Shown piece after piece: positions 1-12,082 of a stretch of 64,000 nt of DNA. The DNA is from Chiloscyllium plagiosum (taxonomy: Eukaryota): contig NC_057719.1 in the NCBI RefSeq assembly GCF_004010195.1, forward strand, positions 16,697,532 through 16,761,531, read 5' to 3'. A model generated the notes under the pieces. It did not search any database, was not told the DNA's origin, and was given only the letters and a program-made list of their open reading frames with translations. The position numbers and the translations under genes were made by a program. How positions within the stretch are numbered: the first letter of the stretch is position 1; each line of letters starts with the position of its first letter.

Positions 1-522
1 AGCAAGTTACCGCAGAGTAGGACAAGGTGACTAAATTCCAAGGTAGATAATACTGTATCTCCTACAATATAGTACCTTGGCCTAATCGGTCTGGTGACAG
101 ACTGCAGAGTTCAAGAGACTGGAGCAGAGACTCATCCCAGAAATTGTCATTCATATGTCAGTGGGTAGAGCAATTTCAAAGCTTCCAAGCTAACCATTTC
201 AGGACAATAACAGCTAGCCAATCATATCGAACGGGTGAGGCATCAGAACTGAGTTTGGGTGAATATTGATGGAGAGACAGAGCTCAATGTGTACTAGTTT
301 CTGCTAATTCATGACGTAGAAAGCAATTTTTAGCATCTGGTACAAATATAGATATTTAAATAATCAACTCATCAAAATGGCAGAGACCAAATTTAAACCC
401 ATCTGGTCCACACAAGTCAAATGTTCAAGCCTCAAAACCATTGGACTTTTGAGGTAAGCTATGCATATAGTGTTTTTCTGAACCTCCTTCAGGATAGTGC
501 CTCATGTTTTGAGCCTTATTCC

Positions 523-3011
523 AGGTGACTGCAGTGGCACAGGTTCTGGGAGTAGACCAGACCTGTGCCATATACAACAACACTGACAGTACCTCACACC
601 TGATGACCAGGTTTCTTCCCGTGATGGAGAGTGACCTTTGGTTCCCATCTGCCCAGTTTCTGCCTTGCTTTCCTGATCTGCTCCTCCCAAGACTTGGCGC
701 ATGACCCAGCCCCACCGAACCAAATACCCAGCACCTTCAGGTGGTCAGTCCAGACAATGAAGGGGATCGAGGATTGGTCGGCCCAGTTCCCTTGCTCTTG
801 CCTTGATTGACCTAGCTCCTGAGGCCCGTTCAAACTGGTCAAATATGCACATGAGTCTGCGCACGGACAGCGGATCCGAGCAGAAAACGGTGACGTCATC
901 CATGTACAGGGAGGCCTTAACCAGTAGGCCCCCGCTGCCAGGAATAGTAACCCCTCTCAGGCTCGCATCCTTCCTGATGGACTCAGCAAATGGCTCCATG
1001 CAGCACACAAACAAGGCAGGAGAGAGAGGGCAGCCCTGCCTGACTGCAGATCTGACTGGGAAGCTATCTGATTCCCACCCATTGATTGAGATGCACTGAC
1101 AATATTGGTTTAGAGCAGTCTGATCCAGTTGCAGATTCCCTCCCAAAAACCCATTTCGGAGAGAACATCCCTCATATACGTATGCTATATCCTGTCAAAA
1201 GCTTTCTCCTGGTCCAAGCTGATGAGGCAGGTGTCCAACTCCCTGTCCTGCACATAGGCAGTCGTATCCCTGAGGAGTGCGAGACTCTCAGCGTTTTTCC
1301 TGCCTGGTACAGCACAGGTTTGGTCAGGGTGAATCACCAACCACAGAGTAGACCTGACCCAGTTGGTGGTGACCTTTGATAAGATTTTGTAATCCGCGTT
1401 TAATAGTGAGATTGGTCTCCAATTTCTAATTTCCTCCCTCTCCCCCTTCCGCTTGTAGATGAGGGTGATGATGCCTTTCCTCATGGATTCGCTCATGGTA
1501 CCTGCCCGAAGCATATTACATACACCTCCAGTCATGGTACCTGCCCGAAGCATATTACATACACCTCCAGCAGGTCCTGGCCAATCAAGCCCCAGACAGT
1601 AGCATAGAGCTCGATCAGTAAGCCGTCGCTTCCAGGAGTTTTATTCTTTTCAAAGGACTCGCGGGCCTTGGTCAGCTCATCCAGAGATAACAGTTGGTCC
1701 AGCCTCTCCCGCGTTCTGTCGTCTAAGACCTCCATGATAGAGGACAGGAACGACTGGGAGGCCGCGCTGTCAGTTAGCTTTGAGTCATACAGACTGGCGT
1801 AGAAGGATTTACTGATCCTCATGATGTCAGCCTGAGATGACGTTACCGAGCCATCATCTTCCTTCAGGCTGCTAAGCACGGAGCTCTCTTTGTGCACCTT
1901 CTGGAAGAAGAAACGTGAGCACGTCTCATCCTGCTCCACGGAGCAGACCTTGGACCGGAAGATTATCTTGGAGGCCTCCGAGACAAAGAGCGAGGCTGGC
2001 TGGCCCTTCACCTCCTGGAGGTCCTTCGTGACATCGACCCCCATCGTCTGCAGCAGAAGCAGGTTCTGCATACTTTCCTGGAGCTGGGACAGTTTTCCCC
2101 GCCTCTCTCTCGCCTGCTGAACACCTTTGTGTGAACTTCTTGATGTTCCCTTTTACTGTTTCCACCAGTCTGCTGGAGACTCAAAGAGGGGCTTCACGGT
2201 TCTCCAACCTGCGTAGTCCCTCTTGAGCTCCTCAATGTTTCCCAGGGTCAACAGCTTTGTGTTCAGCTTCCACCTTCCCTTACCAGCCCGCTGCTCGTCC
2301 TGTAGGTGACAGTCGGCCAGCAGGAGGCAGTGGTCAGAGAAGAACACCGGCTTGACGGCGGTGGATCTGACCAAGAATATTCGGGACTCAAACAGGTAAT
2401 CTATCCTTGAGCGGATAGACCCATCTGCCCATGACCAGGTGTATCTACTCTGCGCTGTCTGCAGGGGTGCTGAAGATGTCGTGCAGCTTGGCATCTTTGA
2501 CCATTTCCATCAGGACTCTGGATGTGGCGTCCAGTTTACTGTCCCCCCCGCCGGATCGTCCATCTGCGTCAATGATACAGTTGAAGTCTCTGGCCAGAAT
2601 GACCGACCTGGACGTAGTCAGCAACAGTGGAAGCTGCTGCAGGACGGCCAACCGTTCACTCTTACCCACTGGGGGAGACACGTTGATTAGTCTCAGGGGA
2701 GCATTCCTGTACATGACGTCAGTGACAAGGAGGCGCCCGCCCACCACCTCCTTAACCTCGGAGATGGTGAAGTTGCCTCCTCGCAACAGGATACCCAGGC
2801 TTGAGGAGCGGTTATCATTGCCCCCCGACCAAACTGACAGCCCATGGGCCCACAAGCTCAACCATCTCCTGTAACTGCTGAGGTGTGGTATCCCACACTC
2901 CTGCAGAAACAGGACATCAGCTTTAACATTGGTGAGGAAGGCCAACGTAGAAACACATCGCATAGCAGATTTAATGCTACGCACATTAATACTTGCAATT
3001 TTTATCACCAT
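523..3011 (-). pseudogene. Frameshifted Tx1-like ORF2 N-terminal part (APE endonuclease + reverse transcriptase)
   Basis: Consecutive ORF fragments 2445-3011, 2153-2494, 1532-2071, 1185-1553, 745-1146, 594-899 and 425-715 follow L1/Tx1 ORF2 domain order. ATG at 3009-3011. Confidence 0.9.
1493..1570. repeat. Perfect 39-bp tandem duplication inside Tx1 ORF2
   Basis: TCATGGTACCTGCCCGAAGCATATTACATACACCTCCAG occurs twice (1493-1531, 1532-1570). Confidence 0.95.
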
Positions 3012-4094
3012 TTTAACAGTTTATGAGGTTACCCGTAAAAAGATCTGGGCAACTGGGGGGAAAACACACCCAATGCCACCCTCACCCTGATGGCCACCTT
3101 TGTCCCCATACGCAAACACCAAATATCACGACGTACTAAGGTTCTACCTGTCCCCGGTGTTGCGAAGGATGGGCCTGGCCTCGCTACCGCGGAACGCTCC
3201 AAGTAGTTGGACCATTCCGTATCACCTGTCCTTTGTGGAGAAATTTATGAAGAAAAACACCTTTGACCACAAGTCCATCAGGGAGTGGTCAGCACGTAGT
3301 GTCCTTGAGACCTTTCGGGAAAAGGAGAGGGTAGATTCTGTTGAGTGGCTCCCTGAGCAGACTGTCAAAGCCATTTGGCAGAATGCCTCATCGCCAGAAC
3401 TTTCCAACAAGCACCAAGACATGGTTTGGCTGGTGGTGAGAAGGGCACTGCCTGTGAGATCCTTTATGCTGGGCCCACAAGCTCAACCATCTCCTGTAAC
3501 TGCTGAGGTGTGGTATCCCACACTCCTGCAGAAACAGGACATCGGCTTTAACATTGGTGAGGAAGGCCAACGTAGAAACACATCGCATAGCAGATTTAAT
3601 GCTACGCACATTAATACTTGCAATTTTATCACCATTTTTAACAGTTTATGAGGTTACCCGTAAAAAGATCTGGGCAACTGGGGGGAAAACACGCCCAATG
3701 CCACCCTCACCTTGATGGCCACCTTTGTCCCCGTACGCAAACACCAAATATCACGATGTACTAAGGTTCTACCTGTCCCCGGTGTTGCGAAGGATGGGCC
3801 TGGCCTCGCTGCCGCGGAACGCTCCAAGTAGTTGGACCATTCCGTATCACCTGTCCTTTGTGGAGAAATTTATGAAGAAAAACACCTTTGACCACAAGTC
3901 CATCAGGGAGTGGTCAGCACGTAGTGTCCTTGAGACCTTTCGGGAAAAGGAGAGGGTAGATCCTGTTGAGTGGCTCCCTGAGCAGACTGTCAAAGCCATT
4001 TGGCAGAATGCCTCATCGCCAGAATTTTCCAACAAGCACCAAGACATGGTTTGGCTGGTGGTGAGAAGGGCTCTGCCTGTGAGATCCTTTATGC
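2845..4094. repeat. 625-bp tandem duplication (2845-3469 / 3470-4094) spanning the Tx1 inversion junction
   Basis: Both copies run from TGGGCCCACAAGCTC to GAGATCCTTTATGC. Roughly 10 substitutions plus two compensating 1-bp indels separate them. Confidence 0.93.
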
Positions 4095-4507
4095 ACACCC
4101 GGGCTCTCTGCCGCACTGCACGCTGCCCTCGAAGCGGCTGTGGAGGGGACGAGACTGTCACACACCTCCTTCTGGAATGTGCCTATGCAAAGGAAGTCTG
4201 GAGAGGAATGCAGTGGTGTTTGTCAAGGTTCGTCCTGAGCAGCGCTGTGACGCGGGACTCTGTGCTCTACGGCCTGTTCCCCGGAACGCACACCGAGACG
4301 AACATCAACTGTGCCTGGAGGATCATCAACTCGGTGAAAGACGCTCTTTGGTCTGTCCGAAACCTGTTGATCTTCCAGTTGAAGGAGTTGACCCTGAATG
4401 AGTGTTGCAGACTGACACATTCCAAGGTCCAGGACTACGTGCTGAGGGACGCGCTGAAGCTCGGGGCAGCTGCCGGCAAGGCGCAGTGGGGAAAGACCAC
4501 CGTGTAA
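3725..4507 (+). pseudogene. Tx1-like ORF2 C-terminal part with zinc-knuckle region
   Basis: 260-aa open frame with CPRSGC...ETVTHLLLEC, ending WGKTTV*, directly upstream of the 3'UTR and poly(A). No genuine start codon. Confidence 0.85.
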
Positions 4508-6263
4508 GGTCTGCCTGCCATGTAAGAACAGGGGACCACCCAGTAATTGGGCTCCGCTGACGCCTCAGCAGAATATCTAGATAGTCAATGTACAGACTTG
4601 TACATACGAATGATTAATTCCGATCTAATTTACATCTCCCATGTAAAGAAATGGAATATATATGTAGGTATGGCATCACCAATTGTATAGATATCAAAAT
4701 AATTTTATGAATAAAGTATATTTTTGAAATTAAAAAAATGTTTTGAGCTTTGTTCCTGTTCTCCTGTGTCTCAGAAGTTTCTAGACTTTGGTGAGCATGG
4801 TGGAACTGTTCAGTCGGAGGGACAATCAGAGTACACACGCGATCCGTCCTATTGCCTTTAAAGTAAACACACACACCTCCAGTCGGAGTCACTGAGTTAA
4901 TGAGAATCCTGGCCAGTGATTGGAACCTGTAATCTCGCCATTATTGAGGACTGACTACAGATTGAATCTGGCATCACCTTGTCTGTAAATGGGTCTATCT
5001 CCTCAGCCCGCCCTAGGAATGCTTATGACTTATTTTTGAAGTGCTGGTATTTCCACATCTGAAAGGTTTGTGTTGGGAACAACATGTTAGCAAGCCCTGC
5101 CTCCTTCAGAGGGCCAGCACAGGCAGGGATGGGCCAAATAGCAGCTTCCTGGGCCGTAACCATTCTATGATTCTGTGATTAGTCAGTCGCCTTTCATTTC
5201 CTCCCCACCTTCCTGCCCTGCCTTGTAAAAATCACATCCCTTGGCAATAGTCTGACTAACCTGCCAGAGTGCCGAGTTATTATTGTCAGATTGTGATTGA
5301 AAACTAGATGGAAGAATTCATAGGCACCAGCTTTTCATCATGCTAGCTGTCTCTTCAATCTTACTTGAAGTCAGACTGTCCAACAAATGGAATGACAGCA
5401 AATTAGGATTACTCATGCCTGTTATTGTTTAAAGATGCTGTGTATCTAGCCAGCCTTTGAAAGAGTGACAGTGAGTTTGGTTAATGTGTAATGTGTCAGC
5501 CAGCCTGAGCAGTGTAGAGGTAGCCTGTCAAAATCCCAATAATAGGGGGAGGGAAAAGTGCAAGCTGACCTGAATTATGTGCAGTGGGGAAGAAAGGCTG
5601 AAGAGAAGCTCTGAGCTGACTTTATTCTTTGCTCCTCAGAGGATTGATTGTTGCTGTGTAAACAGGAGCGAGATGTATCTTTGAGCTGTTCGTTGCCTTC
5701 ACTTTTGTATCTGATGAAATAAACATCAAGTATGCAGCTTGGCTGTGTCACTGCTGGCGTGAGATATGCAGCCTCCTTACCATTTAAACTTAATTTCCCA
5801 ACAGCTCCAAGGTACTGTTTCCCACTTTGCACCCCTCTGTGTTCACCCAAAAACCTGGCTGCCCTTATTCTAAATCTCAATCCCCTATCAACCCTCAATA
5901 CTAATATTAACCCCTGGCTAAGCAATGCCTCAAATTTTAAATTCCCATCACAAAATATAGGAGTAGGCCATTCAGTATCTGGGGTATTCAACTAAATCAT
6001 GATTGAGCCTGTGTTTTCAAATCTTTCTCTCCTCTTCAGCTCCTCCTAATCTCTGCACCATCACTATCCGACATGTCTGCCTTGGTGTCACCTCCGGCTC
6101 TGTTTTGAGAATCTCCAGTTTTAATCGCTTCACATTGTCCACCAAGCTGCAAGCCTTAGCTTCCATTGCAAGGCCTCTCTACCTCACCATCCTGCTGGGA
6201 CACAATCCATAAAAGCTCTTTCAAGCTTCGTCCAGGTGGTCTAATATCTCCTTGCATGGCTTG

Positions 6264-6717
6264 TCATAGAGAAGTACAGCATGGAAACAGACCCTTCGGT
6301 CCAACCCGTCCATGCTGACCAGATATCCCAACCCAATCTAGTCCCACCTGCCAGCACCCGGCCCATATCCCTCCAAACCCTTCCTATTCATATACCCATC
6401 CAAATGCCTCTTAAATGTTGCAATTGTACCATCCTCCACCACATCCTCTGGCAGCTCATTCCATACACGTACCATCCTCTGTGTGAAAAAGTTGCCCCTT
6501 ACGTCTCTTTTATATCTTTCCCCTCTCACCCTAAACCTATGCCCTCGAGTTCTGGACTCCCTGACCCCAGGGAAAAGACTTTGTCTATTTATCCTATCCA
6601 TGCCCCTCATAATTTTGTAAACCTCTATAAGGTCACCCCTCAGCCTCCGACGCTCCAGAGAAAACAGCCCCAGCCTGTTTAGCCGCTCCCTATAGCTCAG
6701 AACCTCCAACCCTGGCA
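6264..6717 (-). mobile_element. CR1-clade LINE (HER1-like) 3' end, 5'-truncated, young
   Basis: ORF 6338-6718 (LSYRERLNRLGLFSLERRRLRGDLIEVYKIM...WNELP...FKRHLD) matches the CR1 ORF2 C-terminus and is followed by the characteristic 3' tail. Confidence 0.92.
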
Positions 6718-7393
6718 CTTTTTATTAACTTTCCTGAGAAATAACCCTGGTGTGTGTTACAACATTCGAATTGTAGAATGTTACAGTAGAGGAGGCCATT
6801 TGACCCATGGAGGCATAGTAACTAAATGGAAGTTGTGGTACTTGAACCCTCAGAGATATGCCGAGGTAAGTTGAATCAGTGGAGGGAGAAGTGTTGGTTC
6901 CTTCTAGCCCTGCTGCAAGTAGCATGTAAACATTTTCAATACTTAACCCCATTCCACTTTGTCCACGTCACTGTTTTTAATGAAGGTGGGCTGGAGACGG
7001 GATCAAAGATTAGCCATTTAATGATTATATAGAGGATGGAACTTGTTGGCCTTCCAGGTTTAAATCCACCTGGCTGGAGGTTATAGGTCTCTGGGAAGTG
7101 AGAACAGCTCAAGGGAAAAGTTAAGAGATATTACACTACTGATGGTGATCCAGGAGAAACAGAGACTTTCCCTGGACCCCTCTTCACGGACATTGGACCA
7201 CTTGTTTCCATACGCTGTCAACTACAATCCTCATCCAACTCTTCCCACTTCTCCTCAACCCTCAAAAATCCAACTACCTGTCTTCCCCCATTCCTAGGGT
7301 GACAACCACCCCTTTCATGATCTACAGTTTTAAAAAAAAACAACCACCCACCCCAGGCTATTTACCTGCTCCTGTGACATTCTGCTAAGGGCT

Positions 7394-7596
7394 GAGAGTA
7401 TGATGCTGGAAAAGCACAGCAGGTCAGGCAGCATCTGAGGGACAGGAGAATCGAGAATGAGGCCTCATTCCTGATGAAGGGCATTTGCCTGAAACGTCGA
7501 TTCTTCGGCTCCTCGGACGCTGCCTGACCTGCTGCTGTGCTTTTCCAGCACCACACTCTCGACTCTGATCTCCAGCATCTGCAATCCGCATTTTCT
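7394..7596. mobile_element. Fold-back insertion of a Penelope-like terminal repeat with hammerhead motif; perfect 16-bp TSD
   Basis: Inverted arms around the palindrome GAATGAGGCCTCATTC (7455-7470). CATTCTGCTAAGGGCT at 7378-7393 and 7597-7612. The arm sequence is shared with the ends of the PLEs at 35.5 kb and 60.9 kb. Confidence 0.85.
7467..7502 (+). ncRNA. Minimal type I hammerhead ribozyme-like motif
   Basis: CTGATGA-A-GGGC-ATTT-GCCT-GAAAC-GTC: conserved core, stem II, palindromic ACGT stem III and GUC triplet. Confidence 0.7.
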
Positions 7597-8692
7597 CATT
7601 CTGCTAAGGGCTTCCTACTCAACTGGGAAGCCAAGTCTGTCAATGAGACTGGCTTCTGGTTGAAACACAGTGACAAAAGAAAGATTTGTACTGTGGAGTT
7701 AGAACTCCATTGTGCAGGGGAAGGCTGATCCCCAGTGTTTTCCTAGCCATTCACTCCTCCAATGCCATGTAACCCAGCCTGGTTTAAAGTATTTATGCTG
7801 TGACTGTGCCTGTGATTTTTACCACATTACAGCCCATGGATGATGATTACACATTATTCCTCATGCATCAAATTACGCTGAGCGTCTGATATTAGCAGGA
7901 AATTCAGATATAATCTCTCTGTTGAAATGTAGCATTCTAGATTATTTTTGTGTGCATTAAGTGTTTTCGTTCATTAATTACTGGGAATTAGATATGTTTG
8001 TAAGGCCTGGTGGAATCATATCTCAGCTCATTCCAGAACCCATTTCCCTGTTGATGTTTAGTAAGAGGCAGGTGGAGGCTCACAATGAAAACAAATATTG
8101 AAGTACTGACCACAACTGCAAACAGTCCCCTCATAATCCGGATTTGTAAAACTATCTGCCTGGTATCAAGCCTCCAGATCATCCCTGTGTGGTCTTCTCC
8201 AAATCCCCAACTTTCGCATTCATGAGCCAAGTGATCTAAAGCTTGCGGGTGCAAATTAAGTGAATGTTCCCACCATTTGCCCTGTCTGAACACTGGATAT
8301 TCAGTTGGTCCCTGAGGTCCGTAGGTTAATTTCAGTGCTAGGTGTCAACAGTAATGTAAACAATGATCCCTTTGAGAACAAACCCAGGCATGCTCCAGCA
8401 ATAGAGAGCAGCTGATGCTCTCTGGAGCATAGATGTGAAAACTAATTTCTGATCATTGTTCTTTTAATTAGTAAGATGAGTGATTTGATGGTGAAGAAAG
8501 AAAAGGGAGGATTTCCGCTTTTATAAGGAGGTGACCACTGTAGGATCCGAAGTGCATTACTTCCTGCTTGAACATTTCAATTTAGCCCCTTCCTCTTTGC
8601 CTACCCTTTGATTTTGTTATTTTTGCTCTGCCCCTGGTGATGAGGAGGAGCAGTGCTTGCAAATTGTGAACTTAATTAGTGTCATGGGTGAT

Positions 8693-8911
8693 TTGATAGT
8701 CACAGAGGCTGGTATCCGGTCCCCAAATCACCCCTTATTTACAAATGAACAGTCTTCGACTTTAATGCTGCTTCAATCTGAGTCAGCTAACAGATGACAC
8801 TCCCCTTTTTTTAACTGTCAGCCAGTGATCCCTGATTGGACCAGATTAACAGCCCCAATCAGGGAACTCATATTCTTTGAGGTCCAGCTGGCTGAACTCA
8901 TTATAATCACG
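8693..8911. mobile_element. Short solo-LTR-like interspersed repeat
   Basis: ~220-bp segment containing inverted CCAAT motifs (CCCTGATTGG...CCAATCAGGG). Recognised by overall appearance only. Confidence 0.3.
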
Positions 8912-10443
8912 ACAGATAATGGTTCAGTTTTTTTTAAAAAATGGACTGATTTCCCCCTTTAACTCCATTTTTGATTTAGCCCCTCCCTCTTTCCCTACCC
9001 TTTTTCATTTTTGCTGTTGTAATTAGTCGTTCGTTTTAATTATTAATTGGATAGTTTAGTGGTCAGTGTACAATAAAAAAGGATGATTTCCTCCAGTAAG
9101 AGGAGATGTAATGGAAGGAGAGGGAGTAGACTGGATTTACTGTTTGTTTTACTCAGTGCCTCAAAACAAGTGGTTTTATTTTAACTAATCCAGTGTTGGA
9201 GACAATTTCTGTGCATCAATCCTCTTAAATGTCTCTAAACATAAGTGCAAATCATTGACAGACATTCGAAAATGCATGTGCTTCCTCCCCAATTTCCTCC
9301 AATTATTTGTCATTGAACAGTAAAATTGCCTGTATTAACAGTTATGAAAAAATATGTAGTTGAAATCCTGTGGGGGGGAATGCGTAGTAGGAGTGTGTGA
9401 AGACTCTAGTTTGAGAATGTAAAGTTTCCAAAACATATGTATGAAATGTCACAAGATTCCATTATCAACTAAAGCTTTCACAGAACGTAGAAGCATTAAT
9501 CAACAATCAAGGATGTGCATTTATGTGGCAGCATCAGTGTGCTTCAGGACTAATTTTGAAGTGCAGTCACTGATGAAATGAGGGCTAACCTAGTTTTCCA
9601 AGGGATTAAACCTTCATTCTTTGAATAAGAGGACTAGATTTAGCAATGAGAACATCAAGCAGGTGAAGGCATGCAGGCAAGCTTAGCTCCATGGGCAGGC
9701 ATGGATTGTTCAGTCTATCCAGGTGGAGGATTAACTGGGGATTCACCTGGGCTCGTATATTTTTGGAACAGACTAAAACTGTGGTTTTTGGTAGAAAGTG
9801 CAGGTTTGTAGTGTGTATCTTGAAATAGATGCTTGATATTGGCTTGAATTGTAAATTTCATCCCTTTCTGGAATTTACCCCACAGATATGTTCACAGATT
9901 CCCCAGAATCCAAATTAATCCAAACCCAATGTAACAACTACTTTACAGTTCCGGAGTTAGCTGTAATTGTCAACTATAATTTAGTTGTAGTTTAAAATAA
10001 CTGAGATGGTGCTACTGTACCTCAAGATACTAAGCCCATTGTAAGTAATCAGTATTTCCCCGATGATCTGTGATTCAGCAGCACTATAAAGATTCTCTCA
10101 ATTAATCGTTTAACCTTCAGCTCTCACATTGACCAGTACCACAGGTTGTATAAGCAGTGGCTGTGTTTTGACCAGGCAATCAAGGCCTGTGCAATACTGG
10201 GAGGGGTGTGTAAGGAAAAGACGATCCTAAACCCACACAGGAATCACCTTCTAAATGTCAAATGATGGACAGATTTGACTGAATTTATTATTTGACTTGA
10301 TCTGGCCTAGTTTACACTCATCATTCATGGATATTTGATTGCAGGCTGTCCATAGCATATAATAATAAGTGGCATAATATCTAACACAAAAAGCTGGACA
10401 GATAAACCTGCATAGACCTGATATTCTAGTTCATCGCAACAGT

Positions 10444-10969
10444 TATAGAGCCACAGAAATTTACAGTATGGAAACAGACCCTTCGGTCCAACCTGTCCAT
10501 GCCAACTAGATATCCCAACCCAATCTAGTCCTTCCTGCCTGCACACGGCCCATATCCCTCCAAACCCTTCCTATTCATATACCCATCCAGATGCATTTTA
10601 AATGTTGTATTTGTACCAGCCTCCACCACTTCCTATTACAGCTCATTCCATACACACACCACCCTCTGCATAAAAATGTTGCCCCTTAGGTCCCTTTTGA
10701 ATTTTTCCCTTCTCACCCTAAACCTATACCCTCCAGTTCTGGACTCCCCCACCTCAGGGAAAAGATCTTGGTTATTTGCCCTATCCATGCCCTCATGATT
10801 TTATTAACCTTTCTAAAGGTCACCCTATTCATCCTTTCCCTATAGCTCAAATCCTCCAACCCTGGCAACATCCTTGTAAATCTTTTCTGAATGCTTTCAA
10901 ATTTCACAACATCCTTCCTATAGCAGAGAGACCAGAATTGCACACAGTATTCCAAAAGTGGCCTGACCA
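10444..10969 (-). mobile_element. CR1-clade LINE 3' end
   Basis: ORF 10713-10970 (VRPLLEYCVQFWS...IQKRFTRMLPGLEDLSYRER). Tail homologous to the 6264-6717 copy. Confidence 0.9.
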
Positions 10970-11644
10970 ATTGCTAATCCTTGCTGCAGCAAAACTTGCA
11001 CTCCAGTGTGATCTGATTATTTATTTGATTTCTGCCAAGTTTCAGTTACATTCTTGGCAGACTGATCAAAAACAACTGAATGAAAGGCGTACGTGACTGA
11101 TTTTGAGTTGATAGCAGAATAAGCTGATACTGTTGATATCTGAGCTCAAACATGTCATTGGTCCTGCATATCCCATCTCCTCTTAACTCACGAGTTGAAT
11201 GTTTCACTCTGCTTGGAATGTTTTTTTATTTTTGTTGCCAATTAGTGCTGAATTATTGGTGTGTTTGCAGCTCTCAACCCAAAGGGATTTGAATTAAGAT
11301 TATTTAAAAGCTCTGAAAGATTGTCTGAAAGAGAGATACTTAACTCCCACAAGCTGCATGAAAGGTATTCAAATTCAGCTCCCAGGAGTGAAACCATAAT
11401 GTTTCTGATCCAACTACCTGAACATAAACATTTGCAGATTTATTTTTCCTTCCCCTCCTCCAACCAGCATTACATTATTAAGTCAATAGTTCAATACTTA
11501 CTTAACTCTAAATTATTTGAACAGAATCTCCATTAAATGGCGGTGTTTCACCTTTTTTTCTATTAAATAAAATGGGCTAGGGCCAGCGGATACAGGACAC
11601 AGGGAATATATCCAGTGCAAGAAAATAAAGACCCAAGGTCTCTC

Positions 11645-12082
11645 CATTAGAAATAGGAACAGGAGTAAGCTATTTGGCCCTCAAGCCTGCTCCGCAATTC
11701 AATAGGATCATGGCTGATCCAACACTCCTGACCTCCACTTTCTTGCCATTTCCCCATAGCCCTTGATTTCTAGACCAAGACTTCATTTGTGTTGAATCTA
11801 GGACCTGAGGGCACAGCCTTAGAGTAAAGGGAAGACCTTTTAGAACAGAGATAAGGAGAAACGTCTTCAGCCAGAGAACGGTGAATCTATGGAATTCACT
11901 GCCGCAGAGGCCTGTGCAGGCCAGGTCATTGAGACGGAGATAGATAGGTTCTTAATTGTAAAGGGGATCAAGGTTATGGGAAGAAAGTGGGAGAATGGGG
12001 CTGAGAAACATAGGAGCCACGATTGAATGACAGAGCAGACTTGTTGGACTGAATGGCCTAATTTCTGCTCCTATGTCTTACA
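11645..12082. mobile_element. Two CR1-type 3' fragments: minus-strand tail ~11645-11770 and plus-strand ORF2 end plus tail ~11797-12082
   Basis: GGGCACAGCCTTAGAGTAAAGGG...AATCTATGGAATTCACTGCC...GAATGGCCTAATTTCTGCTCCTATGTCTTA matches the CR1 C-terminus and 3'UTR pattern. Confidence 0.7.

Larger units (their letters stand above)
523..4737. mobile_element. Tx1-like (L1 clade) non-LTR retrotransposon, 5'-truncated and 5'-inverted: antisense ORF2 EN-RT part ~523-3035, then sense ORF2 C-terminus, 3'UTR and poly(A) ~3036-4737
   Basis: Minus-strand ORFs carry APE endonuclease motifs (INVRS..LFLQE, DFN, SRIDY, SDH) and RT motifs (WRPISLLNADYKIL, DQEKAFD, RQGCPLSP, YMDD). The plus-strand ORF carries a CCHC-like knuckle. 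AATAAA at 4710-4715 and A7 tail at 4732-4738. Flanking 19-bp repeats at 504-522 and 4738-4756 (17/19 identical). Confidence 0.93.

Noticed and set aside
8570..9020. ~50-bp imperfect direct repeats (ATTTAGCCCCT..CTCTTT.CCTACCCTTT) about 395 bp apart
   Set aside because: Too long and too distant from the element ends to be a TSD. Most likely an old local duplication.
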